DNA from: Candidatus Sulfotelmatobacter sp.
Lineage (GTDB): Bacteria; Methylomirabilota; Methylomirabilia; Methylomirabilales; DASPOZ01
Direction of reading: 5' to 3'
Length of the DNA: 12,859 nt
NCBI GenBank assembly: GCA_035625755.1
Contig: DASPOZ010000194.1
Span: 1 to 12,859, forward strand
Positions 7,055 through 12,859 of the stretch are shown one piece after another. Under the pieces are notes generated by a model, which was given only the letters and a program-made list of their open reading frames with translations, did not search any database and had not been told where the DNA came from. Position numbers and translations under genes: made by a program. Within the stretch, counting starts at the first letter, position 1. Every line of letters starts with the position of its first letter.

Positions 7055-7978
7055 CCGGCGGCGCAGGATGGGCCGTCCGCCCGCCCCGACCACCTCGCTC
7101 ACCGCGGCCCGCAGCGTCCGCAGGAAGGCGAGGGCCTCCTGGCTCCTCGGGTGGTGGCGCGAGTGGATCACGTCCAGGCTCCGGCTCAACGATTCCGCGT
7201 CGCTGACCTCGATGGCGACGAAGCGCTTCGCCCGGATGTCCCGCGCCACGGCCAGCCAGGGAAGGAAGGCGAGCCCCAGCCCGCGCTCCACCATCTGCTT
7301 CGCGGCCTCGATGGTTTCCACCTCCAGCACCACGTTGGGCACCAGGCCGGCGCGCCGGAACAGGCCGTGGGTCAACGTCCAGTCGCTGGAGCCGCGATCG
7401 AAGAAGACCAGCGGCCAATCCGCCAGCTCCTCCAGGCGGGCCCGGCGCGCCTTCGTGGGCACGTGCGCGCGATGGGCCACCAGGATCAGGGGATCGTCCC
7501 CCAGGCTCACCGTCTCCACCAGGGGGTGGTGGAGCGAGCGGGCCAGGCCGATCTCCGCCTCGCCCCGCAGCACCATCTCCAGGACCTCCTTGGAGTGCCC
7601 CGCCCGCACGGTGATGGTGACCTTCGGGTGGCCGGCCTGGAACCGTTTCAGGACGTCCGGCAGCAGGTAGGTGCAGATGGAGAGCGCCGCCGCGATGTGC
7701 AGGGTCCCGGCGGCCGCGCCCCGCGTCTCCTGCACCGCCTGGCGGGCGACGGCCACGGCATGCAGGAGTTGCTCCGCCTGGGGGCGCAGGGCCCGCCCCG
7801 CGGCGGACAGCACCAGCCCCTCCCGGCCGCGCTCGAAGAGCGCCGCGCCCAGGGAACGCTCCAGCGCCTTGATCCGCGCGCTGACGGCGGGCTGGCTGAC
7901 GAACAGCACCTCCGCCGCCCGGCGGAAGCCGCCGAAGGTCGCCACCGCCACGAAGGTCTTGAGCTGGTCGAACTCCAT
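7052..7978 (-). CDS. LysR-family transcriptional regulator, 308 aa
   Basis: The N-terminal winged-HTH domain starts directly at MEFDQLKTFVAVATFGGFRRAAEVLFVSQPAVSARIKALE. A typical LysR substrate-binding domain follows. ATG at 7976-7978. The upstream in-frame extension to 8341 has no alternative start and would cover the divergent promoter region. Stop TAG at 7052-7054. Confidence 0.9.
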   Translation of the reverse strand: MEFDQLKTFVAVATFGGFRRAAEVLFVSQPAVSARIKALERSLGAALFERGREGLVLSAAGRALRPQAEQLLHAVAVARQAVQETRGAAAGTLHIAAALSICTYLLPDVLKRFQAGHPKVTITVRAGHSKEVLEMVLRGEAEIGLARSLHHPLVETVSLGDDPLILVAHRAHVPTKARRARLEELADWPLVFFDRGSSDWTLTHGLFRRAGLVPNVVLEVETIEAAKQMVERGLGLAFLPWLAVARDIRAKRFVAIEVSDAESLSRSLDVIHSRHHPRSQEALAFLRTLRAAVSEVVGAGGRPILRRR

Positions 7979-8055
7979 CGGGCCGCACCCCCCGGTCCGC
8001 CCCGGCCGGAACCGGCGCGGCCCCCCCGCCACCGGCGCCCCGGCCTCGTCCGTAT

Positions 8056-8072
8056 GATAACATTTTTTTATC
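8056..8072. promoter_or_regulatory. Perfect interrupted dyad GATAA-N7-TTATC, containing a T-N11-A LysR-type box, in the divergent LysR / isocitrate lyase intergenic region. A second GATAA lies at 8084-8088.
   Basis: Read directly. It is the only AT-rich patch in a ~350-bp GC-rich intergenic region, 78 bp upstream of the LysR start. Position and form match LysR-type regulator autoregulatory/activation sites. Confidence 0.45.
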
Positions 8073-8330
8073 GCGCCCATAAAGATAATCCGTTTGACTT
8101 GGTCTGCCCCGCGGGGCAATGTACGCCCACCCCAGCGCGCCCCGGCGGGCGCATCGCCGGGGTCCCTAGGGTAGACCCCTGCAGGGATCGGCACCACGGG
8201 CCCGGGCAGCCCCCGGGCCGGCAGCAGATCGTCCACGGGGTGCAGCCACGTACGCTCCGCACCCGCAGGCCGCGTCTTCGGCTGCGCTCCACAGGGCACC
8301 GAACCGTTCCGCCCAAGGAGGGAACGCTCC

Positions 8331-9386
8331 ATGGAGAGCAAAGGAAGGGAGTTCCGCCGTCTCCTGCGCCAAGAGCCCTACGTCTTCACGGGGGGTGTTG
8401 CCACGCCCCTCGACGCCCAGATCGCCGAACGGGTGGGGATGAAGGCCATCTACATGAGCGGCTACTCGGTGGCCATGGCCAGCGGGTGGCCGGACATGGG
8501 CTTCCTCACCATGACCGAGGTGACCAAGACCGCCTCCATGATGGCCAGCGCCGTCGGGATCCCCATCATCGCCGATGCGGACGACGGCTACGGCAACGCC
8601 CTCAGCACCCTGCGCACGGTCCAGGAGTTCATCAAGACCGGCGTCGCCGGGATCCACCTGGAAGACCAGCGGTTCCCCAAGCGGTGCGGCCACATCGCGG
8701 GTAAGACCATCGTGTCCCGGGACGAGGCCGTGGGCAAGTTCCGGGCCGCGGCCGCGGAACGGGACCGGCTGGACCCCGACTTCGTGCTCATCGCCCGCAC
8801 CGATGCCTTCGGGGCCGTGGGCGGGAGCCTGGAGGAGGCCGTCTGGCGCGGGCGCGCCTACGCCGACGCCGGCGTGGACCTGGTGTGGTGCGAGCTCTCC
8901 AACGCCGACCGTGCCCCCGCCGTGGCCTTCGCCGAGGCCATGCGGAAGACCCATCCCCACCTGCCCCTGGCCTTCAACTACTCCTCCTCCTTCCGCTGGC
9001 ACCAGAACCCGGAGCCCTTCCGCTTCCAGGAGCTGGCGGACCTGGGCTACAAGTTCATCTTCATCACGCTTTACGCGGCGCACGCGGCCATGTATGCTGT
9101 ATGGAACGCCATGGAAGACCTCGTGAGGAGCGAGGAGCAGGCCCAGTGGGCCCTGGAGCGGACGAAGGTGGGCCACCCCACCGAAAGCCACCACGTGATG
9201 GCGCGCGTGGCCCACTTCCAGGAGTTGGAGCGCCGGTTCGTGCCGGGCGCGGCCGAGCGCATCCAATCCTCCGACGGGTTCGGCGACGCCGGGCCCGACG
9301 GGCACTCAGGGCCGGCTCGACTGCTGGGATCCGAGGTCAGGGCGGCCGAGGGTTCGACCGTCGGCGCGCCCGCGGGGAGGCGCTGA
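8331..9386 (+). CDS. aceA: Isocitrate lyase (ICL/PEP-mutase superfamily lyase), compact 351-aa form with a Gly/Ala-rich C-terminal tail
   Basis: Family signature K-[KR]-C-G-H present as FPKRCGHIAGK, with the catalytic Cys. Segments align to E. coli AceA from memory: LVWCELS vs LVWCETS; LAFNYSSSFRW vs LAYNCSPSFNW; LGYKFIFITL vs MGYKFQFITL; ADADDGYGN vs ADAEAGFGG. Strong RBS AAGGAGGG lies 8 nt upstream of ATG 8331. Confidence 0.88.
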   Translation: MESKGREFRRLLRQEPYVFTGGVATPLDAQIAERVGMKAIYMSGYSVAMASGWPDMGFLTMTEVTKTASMMASAVGIPIIADADDGYGNALSTLRTVQEFIKTGVAGIHLEDQRFPKRCGHIAGKTIVSRDEAVGKFRAAAAERDRLDPDFVLIARTDAFGAVGGSLEEAVWRGRAYADAGVDLVWCELSNADRAPAVAFAEAMRKTHPHLPLAFNYSSSFRWHQNPEPFRFQELADLGYKFIFITLYAAHAAMYAVWNAMEDLVRSEEQAQWALERTKVGHPTESHHVMARVAHFQELERRFVPGAAERIQSSDGFGDAGPDGHSGPARLLGSEVRAAEGSTVGAPAGRR

Positions 9387-9397
9387 GGAGGTAGGTC

Positions 9398-11764
9398 ATG
9401 GCCATGATCCGCCAGGACGTTTTGCAGAAGTTCCCGCAGCTCTTCGGGACCAAGACGGCGAACGGCCGGCAAATCGACGTCGAGCAGGCCATCGCCACCC
9501 TCACCCGGGAGTTGGGTCCCGAGATCGCCGCGGCCCTCAGCGCGCGGCGGACGCTCCTGCAGTCCCCCGCGGGGGTCCGCGAGAAGTATGCCTGGCCCAA
9601 GTGGGACGACGCGTACGAAGATCCGCTCACCGGAAAGCCCTGGACGTTTCGCCAGATCGTCCAGGGCCTGATCGATAACATCCTCGGGCGGGACAGCCAG
9701 TGGCGCTGGCGCCTCAACGACGAGGTCCCCATCCCGGCGGACGCCCACCCGTTGACGAATCCCGGCCTGGAGCTCACCGGGCCGTGGCACCCGCTGGACA
9801 TGGCCTTCAACGCCTTGAACAGCCCGGCGCCCATGAACATGCCGGACTTCGAGGACGCCTCGCCGCCCCACTTCCAGCCCGACGGCACGCCCACGAACCA
9901 GCCGGTGGGGATCTTTGCGGCCATGCAGAACGCCAAGGAGATCCTGGAAGGCCGCTGGACCGGCCGCCCCTACGAGGTGGTGAAGAAAGGCCTATCGCGC
10001 GCGTACAAGATCAACACGTCCCCGGCGCAGTGGCCGACCCGTTTCGCCCGGCCCCCCGGCATCCACGTGCGGTATGACCACATCACGGTCGATGGCGAAC
10101 CGGCGCCCGGCTTGATCCCCATCACCCTTCTCTGGGCCCTCAACAACTACGACTCCCTCACGCAGGCGGGCACCGGCGTCTACTACTACATCCCGAAGAT
10201 CCAGACCCCCCAAGAGGCCCTCATCCTGGAGAAGCTCCTGGAGCGGCTGGAAGGCATGATGGGCCTCCGGCCCGGCACCCTCAAGATCAAGGTCCTCTAC
10301 GAGGAGGGGAATGCGGGGCGGTTCCTGCCCGCCATCGCCTGGGTCTTGCGGCGCCGGCTGCTGGGGACGAACGTCGGCCGCTGGGACTACCTGGCCAGCC
10401 TCATCGAGATGTGGAAGGACGACCCGCAGGGCGTCTTCCCGGATCCGCAGTTCATCGGCATGGCCACCCCGAACATGATCGCGTATCAGCGGTATAACGC
10501 CCTGATGATGCTGATGGCCGGCATGAAGGATGGCGAGCTCACCCACGGGGCCCCCATCGGCGGCATGGCGGCGGTCATGATCTACCAACCGTCCGATCCC
10601 TACGGCCGCTCGAAGTATAACCCGCTGGCCCTGCGCGCCATGGTCTTCGACAAGCTGCGGGAGCGCCTGCTGGGGCTCATGTTCGTGCCCGAGGCCCCGC
10701 CCCCCGCGGGGCACCGCCCCACCCTGGAAGACATCCTGGAGGGCCGCGTGAAGGGGCGCCTCTACGATGCCTATCGGCAGAGCTGGGTCGCCAGCCCGGA
10801 GCCGGCCTACGTCGCCGCCGGCAACGCCCCCTTGCGGGCCCCCGTGGCGCAGCTCCAGGCGATCCTGGATGCCCCCCACGAGACCGTGGACGTGAAGGGC
10901 AAGGCGGTGCCCACGGTCGCCAGCGGCCTGGTGGATGCGGAGCGGATCCTGCTGCAATCCCGCGGCCTGTTGAACCCGCAGGGCAGGATCACGCCCTGGG
11001 TCATCAGCAAGGATATGCTGAGCACGCCGGAGACACTCTTCACGCAGGAACTGTGGGACAGCATCTACGGCGTGCCCAAGGGTGAGATCACCATCGAGCA
11101 CATCCAGCACGCCTTCTACATGGCGGCGAACTACGGCTTCCAGATCCTCAACGGGAACTTCGCCGCCGCCATCGACGACTACGAGCTGATGCTGCGCTTC
11201 ATGAATGACCTCGCCACCTACCGCATCGACGTGTCCTGGCTGTGGAGCCTCGTCCACCACCAGGCCGCCATCACCAAGGACGGCCACCTCAAACGGCCGG
11301 CCCTCACCGAGGATGGGGTCGTGCCGGCGGTGAACGCCTTCGAGGTGAAGGCCGGGACGCGCTTCACCGCGGAGCTGTTCGAGAAATTGTGGGACTACCA
11401 CAACGAATGGACGGCGGCGTTCTTCGCCGAGCTGGACCGCCGCGGCGACCCCGGCCGCTTCGACCGCGCCAAGGCGCCCGTCATCATGGAGCTCCTGAAG
11501 CGGCAGCTGCTTTCGCCCCGTTACCTCCAGCACAGCGCCCGTGTGCTCTTCGTCGTGGGCCAGGCCAACGAGCAGGAGTGCGCCCAGATCCTGGACGCGA
11601 TCTTCGACCTCTCCCGCGAGGAGATCGTCCGGCGCGTTCAGGCAGGCACCCTGAGCAAGGTGGCCCTGGCCGCCCACGATTACGCCTACGACATCTTCCC
11701 GGCCACCGAGGGGGAGCAGCCAATGGCGGGGACATCCCAGCGGCAGGCCTACGCCAGAACGTGA
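9398..11764 (+). CDS. glcB: Malate synthase, G-type-like, 788 aa
   Basis: Alignment from memory to E. coli GlcB: YYYIPKIQTPQEA vs YIVKPKMHGPQEV; MGLRPGTLKIKVLYEEG vs LGMAPNTLKMGIMDEER; NVGRWDY vs NTGFLDR; TPWVISK vs TAWVPSP. The GAGGAGG RBS overlaps the aceA stop codon, indicating translational coupling. Confidence 0.85.
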   Translation: MAMIRQDVLQKFPQLFGTKTANGRQIDVEQAIATLTRELGPEIAAALSARRTLLQSPAGVREKYAWPKWDDAYEDPLTGKPWTFRQIVQGLIDNILGRDSQWRWRLNDEVPIPADAHPLTNPGLELTGPWHPLDMAFNALNSPAPMNMPDFEDASPPHFQPDGTPTNQPVGIFAAMQNAKEILEGRWTGRPYEVVKKGLSRAYKINTSPAQWPTRFARPPGIHVRYDHITVDGEPAPGLIPITLLWALNNYDSLTQAGTGVYYYIPKIQTPQEALILEKLLERLEGMMGLRPGTLKIKVLYEEGNAGRFLPAIAWVLRRRLLGTNVGRWDYLASLIEMWKDDPQGVFPDPQFIGMATPNMIAYQRYNALMMLMAGMKDGELTHGAPIGGMAAVMIYQPSDPYGRSKYNPLALRAMVFDKLRERLLGLMFVPEAPPPAGHRPTLEDILEGRVKGRLYDAYRQSWVASPEPAYVAAGNAPLRAPVAQLQAILDAPHETVDVKGKAVPTVASGLVDAERILLQSRGLLNPQGRITPWVISKDMLSTPETLFTQELWDSIYGVPKGEITIEHIQHAFYMAANYGFQILNGNFAAAIDDYELMLRFMNDLATYRIDVSWLWSLVHHQAAITKDGHLKRPALTEDGVVPAVNAFEVKAGTRFTAELFEKLWDYHNEWTAAFFAELDRRGDPGRFDRAKAPVIMELLKRQLLSPRYLQHSARVLFVVGQANEQECAQILDAIFDLSREEIVRRVQAGTLSKVALAAHDYAYDIFPATEGEQPMAGTSQRQAYART

Positions 11765-11802
11765 CCGTGGGGCGCCGCCCGTTGGCGGCCGCCCCGATCT
11801 TG

Positions 11803-11858
11803 AGGCCCGGCCCTCGCTTCCCCTGTTGGGAGGCGACGGCCGGGCCTGTGCATTTTTC
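11803..11858 (+). terminator. Intrinsic terminator: a long, nearly continuous helix followed by a U-run
   Basis: The outer stem AGGCCCGGCC (11803-11812) pairs with GGCCGGGCCT (11838-11847), 10 of 10. The inner stem CGCTTCCC (11815-11822) pairs with GGGAGGCG (11828-11835) with one G-U wobble, around a 5-nt loop. It is followed by GTGCATTTTT (T-run 11854-11858). It lies 39 nt after the malate synthase stop. Confidence 0.6.
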
Positions 11859-11896
11859 TGGCCCGTGAACGGAATACTGAACAACGCGCTCTTGCG

Positions 11897-11943
11897 CAGG
11901 CTGCTCAAAAGGGCCCAGATGCAAGGCGGCGCGCGAAGCGCCG
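11897..11943 (+). repeat. Truncated MITE-like copy 5: left terminal repeat plus GC box only
   Basis: CAGGCTGCTCAAAAGGGCCCAGATGCAAGGCGGCGCGCGAAGCGCCGA matches the left ~47 bp of copies 2, 4 and 6. Homology is then lost and no right terminal repeat is found downstream. Confidence 0.7.
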
Positions 11944-11975
11944 AGCCCAGGGCACATGCGCTCACTTAACCCTTA

Positions 11976-12099
11976 CCCCCCTTTGAAAAAGGGGGGAAGG
12001 GGGGATTTCGGGGATGCTGTGGTGGCAGCGATCTATCGGACGGTTGACGAGCAGTTGAGCGCCAAAATCCCCCCCGCCCCCCCCTTTGCTAAAGGGGGG
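11976..12099. repeat. Nested inverted-repeat element bounded by C/G homopolymer tracts (possible small RNA, bidirectional terminator or distinct MITE). Layout: C6-TTTGAAAAA-G6-AA-G6-ATTT ... AAAAT-C7-G-C8-TTTGCTAAA-G6.
   Basis: Two local hairpins: CCCCCCTTTGAAAAAGGGGGG at 11976-11996 and CCCCCCCCTTTGCTAAAGGGGGG at 12077-12099. A long-range complementarity is also present, GGGGGGAAGGGGGGATTT at 11991-12008 with AAAATCCCCCCCGCCCCCCCC at 12064-12084, which encloses a ~55-nt interior. It lies between the convergent malate synthase and VOC genes. Confidence 0.45.
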
Positions 12100-12167
12100 A
12101 GAAGAGGAAAAGGGGAGAGGGAATTTTCGGGAAGGGCATCCTGCAAACGTATTTCGATAACGCTACA

Positions 12168-12584
12168 CTAGATCCCGACGGGGGCGGTGGCCGTGGCCGA
12201 GCCGACGGCGCCGCTACGCTCCAGCAGCTCGATGCGCACGCCGTCGGGTCCTTCGAGGAAGGCGATCTTGGTGGTGGGGTTGAAGGCGGTGGGCTCCACG
12301 GTGAACTTCGCCCCCTTGGCCTTCAGCTCGGCCGCGGCGCGTTCGAGGCTCTCCACGCGGAGGCCGAAGTGGTCCAGCCGCGTGTTCTTCCCCTCGGCCA
12401 GCTCATCCGTGGGGCGGCGGGGGCGGACGATCAGCAGCGTGCCGCCGATGTCCAGCCACACCTGCGGCTGGCCGCTGACCAGTCCCCGATTCACCACCGC
12501 CGCGCCGAACATCCGCACGTAAAACTCCGCCGCCCGGTCCACGTCCGAAGCGATCAGGTGGACGTGATCGAATGTCCACTGCAT
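12168..12584 (-). CDS. VOC (glyoxalase I / bleomycin-resistance / dioxygenase) superfamily protein, 138 aa
   Basis: MQWTFDHVHLIASDVDRAAEFYVRMFGA has the typical VOC N-terminal beta-alpha-beta-beta-beta module, with a His in strand 1. A second module has LDHFGLRVESLERAAAELKAKGAKF ... IAFLEGPDGVRIELLE. ATG at 12582-12584 preceded by a very strong RBS GGGAGGGGGAGGG on the minus strand. Stop TAG 12168-12170. Confidence 0.85.
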   Translation of the reverse strand: MQWTFDHVHLIASDVDRAAEFYVRMFGAAVVNRGLVSGQPQVWLDIGGTLLIVRPRRPTDELAEGKNTRLDHFGLRVESLERAAAELKAKGAKFTVEPTAFNPTTKIAFLEGPDGVRIELLERSGAVGSATATAPVGI

Positions 12585-12635
12585 GTACCCTCCCCCTCCC
12601 ACCTCTCACACGATGATGAAAAACCTTCTCGTGCC

Positions 12636-12809
12636 CAGGCTGCTCAAAAAGATCCAGAGCAAGGCGGCGCCCATCATTGCGGAATGCGGATTGCGGAATG
12701 CGGAATAGAAGCGCCCGTACGTCGCGGCGCCGCGCGAGCGCGCCAACGTCCCACCCGCTGCCCCCGAGGCAGCGGGGAGAGATGTTGGGCCTTTTTCAGC
12801 AGCCTGCTA
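12636..12809 (+). mobile_element. MITE-like repeat, copy 6, ~174 bp, in orientation A. It carries the heptad array.
   Basis: CAGGCTGCTCAAAAAGATCCAGAGCAAGGCGGCGC ... CCCGCTGCCCCCGAGGCAGCGGGGAGAGATGTTGGGCCTTTTTCAGCAGCCTGCTA. It contains TGCGGAATGCGGATTGCGGAATGCGGAAT at 12678-12705, the reverse complement of the ATTCCGC array. Confidence 0.8.
12678..12705. repeat. Tandem heptad array GCGGAAT / GCGGATT x4 inside MITE copy 6
   Basis: Read directly. It is the reverse complement of the array in copy 3, and sits in the same position relative to the GC box. Confidence 0.85.
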
Positions 12810-12843
12810 GGCGGACCATGATGGTACCGAAGGAGGGCAAGAC

Positions 12844-12859
12844 ATGAAGATCGCGATCA
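12844..12859 (+). CDS. 5' end of an unidentified gene (MKIAI...) that continues off the window
   Basis: ATG at 12844 preceded by GAAGGAGGG at 12830-12838 with a 5-nt spacing. Only five codons are visible. Confidence 0.35.

Noticed and set aside
7979-8341. N-terminal 121-codon extension of the LysR ORF up to 8341
   Set aside because: There is no start codon before M(EFDQL). The LysR HTH begins exactly at that Met. The extension would run through the divergent promoter and operator and up to the aceA RBS.
6818-8704. 628-aa plus-strand ORF spanning the MITE, the antisense of LysR, the intergenic region and into aceA
   Set aside because: It crosses a mobile repeat and a promoter region and is antisense to a clear LysR gene, with a low-complexity product. 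The 7041-8063 minus-strand frame was rejected for the same reason.
8166-9305. 379-aa minus-strand ORF antisense to aceA, and the 8575-9126 and 8885-9394 plus-frame ORFs
   Set aside because: Shadow ORFs of a gene with an unambiguous family signature (KRCGH).
9992-11965. 657-aa minus-strand ORF antisense to malate synthase
   Set aside because: Low-complexity Gly/Ala/Arg/Asp-rich product. The sense frame aligns to malate synthase G.
11956-12171. 71-aa plus-strand ORF across the homopolymer element
   Set aside because: The translation is Gly/Pro/Lys-rich, an artefact of the G and C tracts. No RBS. It overlaps a structured repeat.

Overview
High-GC (~70%) bacterial chromosomal window with strong GGAGG-type ribosome-binding sites and eight well-supported genes. 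In order: an SPFH/stomatin-family membrane protein (-), a divergently transcribed CDC48/VCP-like double-AAA+ ATPase (+), a small orphan ORF with a good sigma70-like promoter (+), a standalone DNA polymerase X N-terminal-like helix-hairpin-helix (HhH) protein (+), a PflX-like radical SAM enzyme (-), a LysR-type regulator (-) divergent from a translationally coupled isocitrate lyase / malate synthase G-like operon (+), and a VOC/glyoxalase-family protein (-). The most striking signal is a family of roughly 130-220 bp elements resembling miniature inverted-repeat transposable elements (MITE-like), with about 25-bp terminal inverted repeats (TAGCAGGCTGCTSAAAAAGGYCCAG ... CTGGGCCTTTTTCAGCAGCCTGCTA). 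There are five full copies and one truncated copy, and they occupy nearly every intergenic region. They have a modular interior: a GC box, a conserved CCCGCTGCCGCCGAGGCAGCGGG hairpin, an optional second hairpin, and an optional (ATTCCGC)x4 heptad array. In three cases the terminal TAG of an element is the stop codon of the neighbouring gene. A separate nested-hairpin element bounded by C6-8/G6 homopolymer tracts sits between the malate synthase and VOC genes, next to the truncated MITE copy. All identifications rest on motif recognition and memory-based alignment, with no database search. The many long ORFs in alternative frames are typical high-GC artefacts.
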